A stretch of 64,000 bases of DNA from assembly GCF_025963695.1 (NCBI RefSeq), contig NZ_JAOQAH010000030.1, forward strand, positions 2,396-66,395, given 5' to 3'. The notes beneath the pieces were generated by a model. That model did not search any database, was not told where the DNA came from, and saw nothing but the letters and a program-made list of their open reading frames with translations. The position numbers and the translations under genes were made by a program. Origin of the DNA: Segetibacter sp. (GTDB lineage: Bacteria; Bacteroidota; Bacteroidia; Chitinophagales; Chitinophagaceae). This document shows positions 9,828 through 19,353 of this stretch, piece after piece (the first letter of the stretch is position 1; each line of letters starts with the position of its first letter).

Positions 9828-10574
9828 TTAGTTGAACTGGTAATTCATTTTACAATGCTCGGCAACCAGCGCTGCGTTTCTTTCGGGGCTGTTGTTGCCT
9901 GAGAACAAGTATTTCTGCACGCATTCAGAACTCTCGAAAAGCTGGAACAGGTAAGAGGTATATTTTTCCAATTCTTGTATCCTTTTCTCTGGTGCCATTC
10001 GGTCAAACCTGCTTGTCTTTGTAGGCCGCATCTCTATTCTTTCTGCTGCAGTGTTTACATCAATATCGAAATAGTAAATGACATCAGTTCTAAAATAAAA
10101 CCTCGATAAACTTTTGCTTATACTGCTATACGACTTGGCCCTAAATATAGTAGCTGACCACATCTCTTGGATAGTCCATTGATCAAGCAACACAACATCA
10201 ATTTTTCCGTTCTTTTTTATTTGTTCTAGGGCAAGGTCAAAAAGTGTTAATCTAATGTATCTGTAAATTGAATTTGTGCTATAAATTCTGTTATTCGCGA
10301 GAGATATCATATAGAGTATTAAAGATTGACCTCTACATAAGACAAGCTTTAATACCAGTATACACTTTTCAATAAACGCCATTTTTCTTATATAGTCCTT
10401 CATATCCTGCCATGTACATACCGTGTAGCCATTACTCTCAAGCAAGCCCGATAAACATTTGCAACTTGTAGTCTTACCAGCACCAGGAGGACCTACAAAT
10501 TCAATTGTATACGCTTTTTGCTTTAAGATCTTTTTGCCGTGAGGCCTGTCTACAAACTTGTAATTGTTAAGCAT
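9828..10574 (-). CDS. P-loop nucleoside-monophosphate-kinase-like protein (thymidylate-kinase-like fold)
   Basis: IEFVGPPGAGKTT Walker A, VLLDQW, TDVIYYFDIDVNTAAERIEMR lid-like segment. ATG 10574 preferred over TTG 10622. Confidence 0.7.
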   Translation of the reverse strand: MLNNYKFVDRPHGKKILKQKAYTIEFVGPPGAGKTTSCKCLSGLLESNGYTVCTWQDMKDYIRKMAFIEKCILVLKLVLCRGQSLILYMISLANNRIYSTNSIYRYIRLTLFDLALEQIKKNGKIDVVLLDQWTIQEMWSATIFRAKSYSSISKSLSRFYFRTDVIYYFDIDVNTAAERIEMRPTKTSRFDRMAPEKRIQELEKYTSYLFQLFESSECVQKYLFSGNNSPERNAALVAEHCKMNYQFN

Positions 10575-10587
10575 TGTAATAGATCTA

Positions 10588-12144
10588 TTAGAGATAAGAA
10601 GCCCATATTTCTTTTTTGGCAATAAAAAGCACCTCTTCTAAGGGTTGAGCTGCATCTACACTAACAACCTTGCATTTTTCTGAAACTTTCAGGTTTCTAA
10701 AACCTGCTATTTTTTTCTGAAGCGTTTCCAGGGAATGTTCTCCTGGCTTGCGGGCTTCTACTACTTCTGCACCAGCAATTAATTTAAACAATACGTCCGG
10801 GGGGCTGGCTTCTGCCAAGGCATAAGCACGGGCTTCTTTTTTAGCTACAGCCCTAAAAAGGATATTGCGGGATGTAGAAAGATGATTAAGCAGAGGACCG
10901 TCATTATAAGCCATCACTTGATTCTGGGGAAACCTATCGCATATTACAAGCATTCCTTTCTTTTTGGCCACCTGCATCAAAGCAAGATTATTGCGTTTTT
11001 CATTGGCCACAATAAGTGCCTCTATACACTTGTAAACATTTGCAATAAATCCCTTTCTTGCGCCTGAAACTTTTTTGCACGATTCTTTGCTTTGCTTTTG
11101 AGACTGATTCCTGACGAACAATTTCTTAAAACCAAAAAGTATCTTTCTTGGTAATGATACTCTTCCGGCTCCCCTACCAAAATAAATTTTATAAACGTCG
11201 AGCTTTTTTTCGAACGTCTTATGCAGGTTAGCAGTAACTGTTGATTTACCTGATCCGTCTGCTCCCACTACCCCGATAATAAGACCCCCGCGCGGGTTAA
11301 TTCTATGTGACATTATGGGGCGATTAAGAAGCCTGGACGTTTTTCTATAGAATTTTACACTTACCTCTCTGTACCACCGCCTGGCGAGAGCGCTTAAGGG
11401 CGTGAACTGCCTGTATTTGCTAAATTCTTTTTTAATTATTACAGATAACTTAAGCAGTTCAATACGATTAAATTTACCGAAGACAATGAAAAACACGGGC
11501 AGGTAATTGGTGAATATGCCTTTAAGTATTGTTTCTATATCCTCATTTGAACACCGCTGTTTCAACCAATTATATTCCCTGATAAGATTTGCTGAATAGT
11601 ATATTTTGTTTTTCAGATACATCTTAATCACGTCCCTGTTCCTTATTTTTAAAGCTTCTCTTATAAAAAGAAGTATTAATTCCATATTAGGATCAGAACG
11701 GTATATCCCGAATTCATCATCCCAAACCCTACCTTCCAAAATCTTATTATGCAGATCGAGTTGATAGCTTTTTAAATAAGGTTCGCCCAGGGTTAACCTG
11801 TAATGTGAATGCAAATGAACCACCTTACCGGAATGTAAATCCAACCCAATAAAATCTTCTATATCCTTGTACTGTTTTTGCCTGATCGAATCAAATTTCT
11901 TGAAGCCTAACTTCATCAACAGAACTTCCAGTTCGTCTTTCTGGTTTTCATTAAAGAGTATGTCAAGATCTGTATCAGCGGTCATTGAAGCATCTAAATG
12001 TTCATTACTTTTCCAATGACAATAGCTGATCCTTTGGGCATGAAGCAACGTTAGAAGATCATCTATTAATGGTACTTTCCTGACCGGGAGATTACTTGCA
12101 GAAATAGTCGTGGACGGATTTGGTGTAAATGTTATTTCATTCAT
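10588..12144 (-). CDS. Fusion of an N-terminal Pol-beta-type nucleotidyltransferase-like domain and a C-terminal thymidylate-kinase-like domain
   Basis: WKSNEHL...DTDLDIL (DxD) at the N-terminus; GVVGADGSGKST P-loop, CDRFP and PPDVLFKL in the C-terminal half. Start overlaps the wzx stop (ATGA). Confidence 0.7.
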   Translation of the reverse strand: MNEITFTPNPSTTISASNLPVRKVPLIDDLLTLLHAQRISYCHWKSNEHLDASMTADTDLDILFNENQKDELEVLLMKLGFKKFDSIRQKQYKDIEDFIGLDLHSGKVVHLHSHYRLTLGEPYLKSYQLDLHNKILEGRVWDDEFGIYRSDPNMELILLFIREALKIRNRDVIKMYLKNKIYYSANLIREYNWLKQRCSNEDIETILKGIFTNYLPVFFIVFGKFNRIELLKLSVIIKKEFSKYRQFTPLSALARRWYREVSVKFYRKTSRLLNRPIMSHRINPRGGLIIGVVGADGSGKSTVTANLHKTFEKKLDVYKIYFGRGAGRVSLPRKILFGFKKLFVRNQSQKQSKESCKKVSGARKGFIANVYKCIEALIVANEKRNNLALMQVAKKKGMLVICDRFPQNQVMAYNDGPLLNHLSTSRNILFRAVAKKEARAYALAEASPPDVLFKLIAGAEVVEARKPGEHSLETLQKKIAGFRNLKVSEKCKVVSVDAAQPLEEVLFIAKKEIWASYL

Positions 12145-13634
12145 ACAACTTGAACAGATATTTTTTTAAACCGTTTAAGAATGAGTTTTTCAACTAATGC
12201 TTTATGGTCACTCCTGATAAAAAAACTTGGGAATAACCCAATGACTAAAAACAATAAAACCATTACTCCTACTCCGGTGCACAATAGAGTTACATACAAG
12301 GTGTTGAATTGCCGGCTTATAGTAACAATGAAATAACTAAAGACACCTGTTGTTATTCCTAAAAGAATTCCGTGAGTATGAGCCTTAACCAGGTCGAGCC
12401 AAGTACTACCAATCAGTTTGATACTTAATTGACTCATCATTAAAAAGTTGCCTACTAAAGTTAACGCTACACCCCAGGCTACACCATTAAGACCCCAAAA
12501 ATGTCCGATATATGAGCTTATGAACACTGCTCCTGCGTATATCAATTGTCTCCATGCCCTTCTGTAAACCGCACCGGTTGCCCTGGCAAGAGAGTCACTC
12601 ATTTTATAACTCATTCTGAAAAGGAGACTGCAAGCAAGTATTCTAAATGGATTTATTACCTCTGTCCATTGTGGGCCTAACAATACTAGTATGATTTCGG
12701 GAGCCAGAAATACAAACAAGACACTGATAGGAATTGCAATCAATGCAATAAGGCTAGTTCCTGTCAAATAAGCTTTCATAAGCTTTTGTTTATCGTCCTG
12801 CACTTTTGACATTGCAGGAAACAATACTTTGTCTAATGTATTACCGAAAAGACTTGAGGGCATAACCATGAACTGATAAGCACGTCCGTAAATACCTAAT
12901 GAAGCAGCCCCAAGTGTTCTTCCTACAACCAGGTTATCGCCTTGAACAGCTAAGTAATTTCCTATTCTTGCAAGCGTATGCCCCCCACCAAAACGTATTA
13001 ATTCTTTGAATGCGCTATAGTTAAATCGCGGACGCTTTGAGAACGGTTGAACAATCATCACTAAAGCGGCATATAAAACGGCTTGGGATATATTTGCAAT
13101 AACCAGGGCCCATACACCCATACCTAAATATCCTAAGCTTATACCAACCGCTCCGTAACCAACAGCATAAGATATAACGTCAAGGGCAGCAATTACTTTA
13201 AACTTCATATTGCGCTGCATCTGTGCCTGGCCTATAAGAGTAATTGAATCGACAAAGAAAACTATTGAAACAGCCCTTAGTACAGGAGCCAGCCCCTCCA
13301 TACGAAAAAAAACTTCCAGTACAGGAGCGCCGAGCAGCAAGACGCCGGCAAAAAGAAGACCCATGCACAAGGAAATCGTAAAGCCTGTAGTTAGGTGCCT
13401 GTCTTCCAATTCCTTTCGTTGTACTATAGCGGGACCCACCCCCATCTGTGTAAACAACTTTGAGAACTCAACTATAATTATAGCTATACCGGCTAAGCCA
13501 AACTCCTTTGGACTTATAAGACGGGCTAAAACTGCAAGCACCCCTATTTTCAGAAACACCTGAATACCACTTGCAGAAAGCAAATAAATGAACCCGGAAA
13601 AAGTGCGACTAGTGAGTTTATGATCTGGGGTCAT
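12141..13634 (-). CDS. wzx: Wzx flippase (PST/MOP family, WzxC-like)
   Basis: VLARLISPKEFGL, QMGVGPAIVQ, DNLVVGRTLGAASLGIYGRAY, VLFPAMSKVQDD; 12-14 TM helices. Confidence 0.9.
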   Translation of the reverse strand: MTPDHKLTSRTFSGFIYLLSASGIQVFLKIGVLAVLARLISPKEFGLAGIAIIIVEFSKLFTQMGVGPAIVQRKELEDRHLTTGFTISLCMGLLFAGVLLLGAPVLEVFFRMEGLAPVLRAVSIVFFVDSITLIGQAQMQRNMKFKVIAALDVISYAVGYGAVGISLGYLGMGVWALVIANISQAVLYAALVMIVQPFSKRPRFNYSAFKELIRFGGGHTLARIGNYLAVQGDNLVVGRTLGAASLGIYGRAYQFMVMPSSLFGNTLDKVLFPAMSKVQDDKQKLMKAYLTGTSLIALIAIPISVLFVFLAPEIILVLLGPQWTEVINPFRILACSLLFRMSYKMSDSLARATGAVYRRAWRQLIYAGAVFISSYIGHFWGLNGVAWGVALTLVGNFLMMSQLSIKLIGSTWLDLVKAHTHGILLGITTGVFSYFIVTISRQFNTLYVTLLCTGVGVMVLLFLVIGLFPSFFIRSDHKALVEKLILKRFKKISVQVV

Positions 13635-13757
13635 GCGGTCATGGCTTTTATAACAGTTTAATTAAAGGATGGTGATAAGTTGATAAGGTTACTACTAATA
13701 AAAAACTGATCTTTTATGAAAGCTTATTTATTAAGGTGCATTATTCCATTAGCGTTC

Positions 13758-14843
13758 TTAAGCATTTGCAAGCATTGCCGTTGCTTCTTCTTCAACCCCG
13801 TAATAGCTTTTATACCAATCAATGAACCTTTTTAATCCGCTTTGTATTGTAGTCTCAGGCTTGTAATTAAACTTCTTTATCAAATCATCCACATTCGCCC
13901 AGGTGGCAATTACATCACCGGGCTGCATTCCTTTCATTTCTATTCTTGCTTTTTTGCCTATATTTTTTTCGAGCTCCTTTATGAAGACCATCAACTCTAC
14001 AGGTTTATTATTTCCTATGTTGTAAACAGAGTATGGGGCAATGGATGAAGAAGGACCTGGTTGTTTACCATTCCATTTTTTGTTGGAGGTAGCAGGTTTC
14101 TCAAGTACATTAACTATACCTTCTACTATATCATCGATATAGGTAAAATCTCTTTTCATTTTACCATAATTGAAAACCGGGATAGGCTTGTCCGCCAATA
14201 TAGAATCAGTAAAAAGGAAATAAGCCATGTCCGGCCGGCCCCATGGGCCATATACTGTAAAAAAGCGCAGCCCTGTTGTAGGTAAATGGTACAGGTAGCT
14301 GTACGAATGAGCCATTAATTCATTGGCTTTTTTTGTAGCAGCATAAAGTGAAACCGGGTGATTAGTGTTATGCTCAACAGAGAATGGTATTTGTTCATTT
14401 AAACCATAAACGCTTGAAGAACTTGCATAAATTAAATGCTTAACCTTATTGTGTCGGCAAACCTCCAACAGATTAAGAAAGCCTACAAGGTTAGATTGTA
14501 TATAGGCGTCTGGATTTAATATTGAATACCTCACTCCTGCTTGTGCTGCAAGGTTAATAACAACATCAAAATTATTTTTTTTACAAAATGCCATTAACTC
14601 CCTTTTATCTTCGAGATTTAATTTAATAAACCTGTAGAGTTTATATTTGGTGCTTCTCACTTCTTTATTCCAAGCAATTTCTGTTGTATCAATTCCAGTT
14701 TCATTCAGACGTGCATATTTTAGGTTGACGTCATAGTAGTTGTTTATATTATCCAGACCGACTACTTCGTGTTCTTCTTTTAGCAAGGCAATGCTTAAAT
14801 GAAAGCCAATAAAGCCCGCACTTCCGGTAACTAATATCTTCAT
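13758..14843 (-). CDS. NAD-dependent epimerase, UDP-glucuronate 4-epimerase-like
   Basis: MKILVTGSAGFIG, NLAAQAGVRYS, YASSSSVYG, YAATK (YxxxK), LRFFTVYGPWGRPDMA, MQPGDVIATWA. Confidence 0.9.
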   Translation of the reverse strand: MKILVTGSAGFIGFHLSIALLKEEHEVVGLDNINNYYDVNLKYARLNETGIDTTEIAWNKEVRSTKYKLYRFIKLNLEDKRELMAFCKKNNFDVVINLAAQAGVRYSILNPDAYIQSNLVGFLNLLEVCRHNKVKHLIYASSSSVYGLNEQIPFSVEHNTNHPVSLYAATKKANELMAHSYSYLYHLPTTGLRFFTVYGPWGRPDMAYFLFTDSILADKPIPVFNYGKMKRDFTYIDDIVEGIVNVLEKPATSNKKWNGKQPGPSSSIAPYSVYNIGNNKPVELMVFIKELEKNIGKKARIEMKGMQPGDVIATWANVDDLIKKFNYKPETTIQSGLKRFIDWYKSYYGVEEEATAMLANA

Positions 14844-14930
14844 CTGAATGCTTTTTAATTTGTTTAAATTGAAGAGCAATCTCATCTCTTGATTGTCTTG
14901 TTAGGGTAGAATGAAAGAGTAAACAAATAT

Positions 14931-15476
14931 TTAATGGAAACTGGACACGTGTCTTTGGGCACCTGCTCTTTGCGACCTTGCAAGAACCGTTACATTAGAT
15001 TTTTCAACTTCTGCTGTCATTTGATAACCTAAAGCAGGAAGAACTACTGTAACTGAATTACTCTTGATGGAGATTATACTTCCTTCACGTTTATTTAATA
15101 ATCCACTTTCAATACGAACCAAATCATTAACGCCAATATCCAGCTTTTCCAATTTAACGTTGGTGTGTTCATCTAAAAATTTTTTTATAATTTCAATCTC
15201 TACATCTCTTATAACCGCAGGTGTATTGGACCAACTGACAAATTTGACCACCCCCTCAATTTCTTTAACCTTAATCATTTCCCGCTCATCTACCTTGACG
15301 AAAACGTAGCAAGAAAACAGAGGTTCTCGAACTATTTTTTTACGATCACTCCATTGTCTTAATACGGAATTAAGAGGACAATAGACTGTTATATCTTGCC
15401 GGCTCAGGGTTTCAGCTATTTTCTTTTCCCACCTGGGCATGGTATAAATAGCAAACCAGTTCTTGCGTGTTAACAT
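14931..15476 (-). CDS. upxY: UpxY-family (NusG/RfaH paralogue) transcription antiterminator
   Basis: NWFAIYTMPRWEKK, RQWSDRKKIVREPLFSCYVFV, KOW-like VRIESGLLNKREG. Start taken at MLTRKNW. Confidence 0.88.
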   Translation of the reverse strand: MLTRKNWFAIYTMPRWEKKIAETLSRQDITVYCPLNSVLRQWSDRKKIVREPLFSCYVFVKVDEREMIKVKEIEGVVKFVSWSNTPAVIRDVEIEIIKKFLDEHTNVKLEKLDIGVNDLVRIESGLLNKREGSIISIKSNSVTVVLPALGYQMTAEVEKSNVTVLARSQRAGAQRHVSSFH

Positions 15477-15593
15477 AATTATTTTCTTTAATTTAGTGGT
15501 TCTTTTAAGAGAATAAGCTTCGCTTAGCTGGGCTACAAGTGGCGCCAGGTTAAGGTTCAACAAAATCTTGCAGTATGTAGGCGGCTGAATAGT

Positions 15594-15716
15594 GGAAGCG
15601 TGTACAAACGATGCGTTACGCTTCCCATTTCCTATCGCCGTTGTTCAACACCGATCTATCAGTTCCCTCAGCTTTTTTGCATTTAAGGGATCTTTATCTT
15701 AAAGAATGGGCTTCGC
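15594..15716 (-). promoter_or_regulatory. Candidate ops-like pause element GGGCGAAGCCC plus a downstream leader hairpin in front of upxY
   Basis: Minus-strand GCGAAGC at 15716-15710 inside GGGC-GAA-GCCC. 8-bp inverted repeat GGAAGCGT (15594-15601) / ACGCTTCC (15618-15625). Both lie in the ~310-nt wzc-upxY spacer. Confidence 0.45.
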
Positions 15717-15787
15717 CCAACCTAGCTACAGTTGGTAGTTAAGCAGAAAGTTTAGAACGAAAATTTTAGGGAAAAGGAAAAAAGTGT

Positions 15788-18130
15788 TTAAACGTTACCA
15801 GCCGCGCTTCGCCCTTCATAAACGCTGTCACTATATACCTTTTTAAGTCCATAACCGAACCCACTACCATATCTCTTCCTTAAGAAACCCCTAGGCTTAA
15901 TTCCATTAAAAACAATAGATACGTTGCGAAGAGCATTTACTTTATTACTTGCATCTAATAGTTCTACCATCGCTTTTGTTGTGAAATCATGTCTTACAAC
16001 AAATAAAGTGGAGCTACAATATTCAGAAAGTATATAAGCATCAGTAACAGGATCAATGGGGCTAGAATCAATGATTATAAAATCAAAAATGTTGTTGAGA
16101 TAGTCAAATAGTTTACTCAAATCCGAATTCAACAGCAACTCAGTGGGATTACTTCTGGAGTTGCCTGCAGGTATCAAAAAGAGTTCCGAGTGATCGGTTT
16201 TGTAAATAATGTCATCAATTTCTTGTTCACTTCTTTCCAAAAAATCCGCAATTCCTTTATCGACTGATTTTTTATACCAGCCTGAGGTTTTAGGATTTCG
16301 CAAATCGAAATCGATTAATACTACCTTTCTACCTGAGTTAGCAATACTTAATGCAAGGTTATTACTGATAAAAGTCTTCCCTTCAGAAGCAATGCTTGAG
16401 GTAACAAGTATCCTTTTATTTTGCAGTTGCCTGTTGTTTAAACCTAGATTAGCTCTAAGGTGTCGGAATTGCTCAATTGATGCAGTCTGTTTAATAGTAT
16501 TATTTATGATAAAAGAATTTTTCTTCCCCTTAACTCTAATTACTTCGGCCACTATTGGAGCGTTTGTAATAGTTTCAATGTCGGTACGAAATAAAATTTT
16601 GTTTGTTAGCAATTCTTTTCCACTTATAAAAACTAGCCCCGAAATCATTGAAAGCGCAAATGCCCCTAAGAATATTAGCCACACCTTTGGGCTGACGGGC
16701 AGAAATGATGCATCCGGGTGATCAATAATTCTACTATCTGCAACAGTAGCTGCATTTGCTAATGCTGTTTCCTCTCTCTTCTGCAATAAGAAGGAATAAG
16801 CCGCATTTTTTATAGTTTGTTGTCGGCTTATATTCAACAAATCTCTTTCCTTTCCGGGGATTGATTGAAGCATAGAATTGTATGTGCCGGTGCTTGCACT
16901 TAAATTGCTTTTTCTTGCGTGCACGCTTACCCTTTGGTTTTGGATATTTTCCAAAATCGTCGGCTTCATTTTGTCAATTTCATTTCGCAGAGAAAACATT
17001 ATTGGATTTCCTCCTGGTATCGTCTTTCTTAATCTTTCATATTGCATTTGGGTATCGTAGTACCTTTGTAATAATTGCGCAAGCAAGGGATCTTTTAACC
17101 CAGTTACAGAAGGTACTATGCCTATTTGATTATCCTTGGCCTGCACATATTTTTCAACTTCATTTAACATTGCCATCTCCATATTTACCTCGGTCATTTT
17201 ACGGTCGTTATCACCTACATTCTGTAAGTAAAGTCGTCCTTGCTCACCTATATCAACAACTCCTTTGTCAGTCTTAAATTTTCGCAATTGATTTTCAATT
17301 GAATCGAGCTCTCTAACTACGTATTTAATGCGGCTTTCCACAAATGAAAGTGTATTCGAGGTCAAAAGGTTTTTGTCATTTATTGCAGCCTGGTTATACT
17401 CACTAATAAGAAGGTTTAATATCTCTTTACCTCGTTGAGTTACTTCATCCTTAATAGTTAAATGAATTACAGACGAAAGCTTATTTATCGGAGATACATT
17501 TAGATTTAGAATAAGGCGATTAAGAGCTTGTTTTGGCGGAACCAGAGAAAAGTATAAACGGTTGGTAGTTTGTGTTTTAAAGTATCGGTTAATATTAAAT
17601 TTGGCTGTCCCAAATGAAGTAGTAACGAATTGATTTAAAGGGTAGGTTTTGTCCCCTATATCAACAGTCTTATTTACTTCGTTAAAAGTAAAATCAACTC
17701 TTTCTACAACTTCCACTATCATATTTGGATCGGCTAATTCGACCGTAACGGGTGACGAAGTAAAAGCGGAATAGGAAACTAAAGGTGTGGCCTCAAAAAC
17801 AGGAGCATAAAGACTTAAACTATTTACCACCTTCTTTAGTAATTCTCTAGATTGAATAACTTCAATTTCATTTTCGACAATCTTATTAGAAGAATAAATA
17901 TTTAGAGCATCTAGTATTTTCGAATCATCAGCTCCTTTTTTCTCGTCTTTAATTAGTATATCAGCAGATATTTCATAGACGGGTTTGGTGAGGTATAGGT
18001 AAAAACTTCCGGCGACTAAGAATACCACTAGTAGTAGGGCAAACAGGGGCCAGTAAGGTAAATAACTGTATACTAATCGCTCAACAACTCCCTTTTCCTT
18101 CTTTGAAATAACCGGCTTTTTCGCGTCCAT
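15788..18130 (-). CDS. wzc: Wzc-type polysaccharide co-polymerase / tyrosine autokinase
   Basis: Wzz-like N-terminal TM, coiled periplasmic region, VTSSIASEGKTF Walker A, VVLIDFDLR, IIIDSSP, Tyr/Gly tail RYGSGFGYG. Start taken at MDAKK. Confidence 0.93.
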   Translation of the reverse strand: MDAKKPVISKKEKGVVERLVYSYLPYWPLFALLLVVFLVAGSFYLYLTKPVYEISADILIKDEKKGADDSKILDALNIYSSNKIVENEIEVIQSRELLKKVVNSLSLYAPVFEATPLVSYSAFTSSPVTVELADPNMIVEVVERVDFTFNEVNKTVDIGDKTYPLNQFVTTSFGTAKFNINRYFKTQTTNRLYFSLVPPKQALNRLILNLNVSPINKLSSVIHLTIKDEVTQRGKEILNLLISEYNQAAINDKNLLTSNTLSFVESRIKYVVRELDSIENQLRKFKTDKGVVDIGEQGRLYLQNVGDNDRKMTEVNMEMAMLNEVEKYVQAKDNQIGIVPSVTGLKDPLLAQLLQRYYDTQMQYERLRKTIPGGNPIMFSLRNEIDKMKPTILENIQNQRVSVHARKSNLSASTGTYNSMLQSIPGKERDLLNISRQQTIKNAAYSFLLQKREETALANAATVADSRIIDHPDASFLPVSPKVWLIFLGAFALSMISGLVFISGKELLTNKILFRTDIETITNAPIVAEVIRVKGKKNSFIINNTIKQTASIEQFRHLRANLGLNNRQLQNKRILVTSSIASEGKTFISNNLALSIANSGRKVVLIDFDLRNPKTSGWYKKSVDKGIADFLERSEQEIDDIIYKTDHSELFLIPAGNSRSNPTELLLNSDLSKLFDYLNNIFDFIIIDSSPIDPVTDAYILSEYCSSTLFVVRHDFTTKAMVELLDASNKVNALRNVSIVFNGIKPRGFLRKRYGSGFGYGLKKVYSDSVYEGRSAAGNV

Positions 18131-18147
18131 GTCGTTATATTTATAAA

Positions 18148-18933
18148 TTATCTGGTTAATCGATCTACCACAATTGCAATAAATGAGAGGCTGCTGATAA
18201 ACACAGGAAGCCATTGTTTCGTGGTACTGGCACTTGCCACCTTAGCTTCATTTGCCGCAACATATACTACATCATTTGACTTTAGATAGTAGTATGGAGA
18301 CGTCAATAATTCATTATCATTTAGATTAATTCGCTTTGCCACTCTCTTGCCTTCTTCGACTTCGTGTAGAATTAGAATGTTATCGCGTCTTGCGTATGGT
18401 GTCAGGTCGCCGGCAAGCCCTAAGGCTTCAAGGAGGGTAATTTTTTCGCTTGGCACATTAAACACTGATGGATGTATTACTTCACCCAGAACAGTCACTT
18501 TATAATTTAAATATCGAATGTCAACAACAGGATCAAACAAAAGATTTCTTTGTATTAATTCTCTGGTAATAATACTTTTCAACTGTTTTTTTGTTAAGCC
18601 TGCTGCTTTTATTCTTCCCAACATTGGAAACTGCAGGCTGCCGTCTTGATCTACTAAAAAGCCATTGCTTTGTGAGGCTGTACCTGCATTTACGCTGCCT
18701 TGAGAAGTTGTTTTAGCATATAAATTGAAGGGGACTGTAGCTTCAGCATTCACACTGCTTACAGAAATGCTCAAGATGTCATTTTTCTGAATTACCGGTT
18801 CGAGGTTTTCCGTCTTGTACTCGATTGTGCTATCAGCCAAATTATTAAAGTTTGTAGCCTTTCTTGTGTTAACACAAGATAAAAAGAGGGGTAAAAGAAA
18901 GAGCATAGCGCTGCATGAACGATGCGTAATCAT
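18148..18933 (-). CDS. wza: Wza-type polysaccharide export outer-membrane lipoprotein
   Basis: Lipobox LFLSC, IQKNDILSISV, VDQDGSLQFPMLGRIKAAG, VTVLGEV..P, TLLEALGLAGD (SLBB), C-terminal amphipathic helix. Confidence 0.92.
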   Translation of the reverse strand: MITHRSCSAMLFLLPLFLSCVNTRKATNFNNLADSTIEYKTENLEPVIQKNDILSISVSSVNAEATVPFNLYAKTTSQGSVNAGTASQSNGFLVDQDGSLQFPMLGRIKAAGLTKKQLKSIITRELIQRNLLFDPVVDIRYLNYKVTVLGEVIHPSVFNVPSEKITLLEALGLAGDLTPYARRDNILILHEVEEGKRVAKRINLNDNELLTSPYYYLKSNDVVYVAANEAKVASASTTKQWLPVFISSLSFIAIVVDRLTR

Positions 18934-19353
18934 TTAATAATAGTTTTGGTAGTTAAGTAAGTATTGATTGGTAGAAACTAATTGGAAATCACAATTTCTA
19001 AATTTGAAAATTTCCCTGACCGTTCTACTGTGGGGCGACAAGTAAAATGTCCGATCACTTAGCTCTAAGTCTTGATTTAACAACAGTTAAATGACACATT
19101 ATATTTCTTATTAACCTAATTCTTTCTCTAAGATATAGTGCCGTTGGCCCAATTTTTTGTCCACTTTTGCTCATTAAATCAGCGACTAACTCCTTCTAAT
19201 ATCCGTTCATTTTTAGAGACATAAAAACACTGGGATAGACCCTCTACTCCTTTAACAAGCTTTAACAGCAAGGTTACTTGCTGAAGAGATTTCTGCGCAC
19301 TGCCAATCCGATTAGCGGCTTATTTGAAAACCAGTTCTAGCAGACAGATTAGC

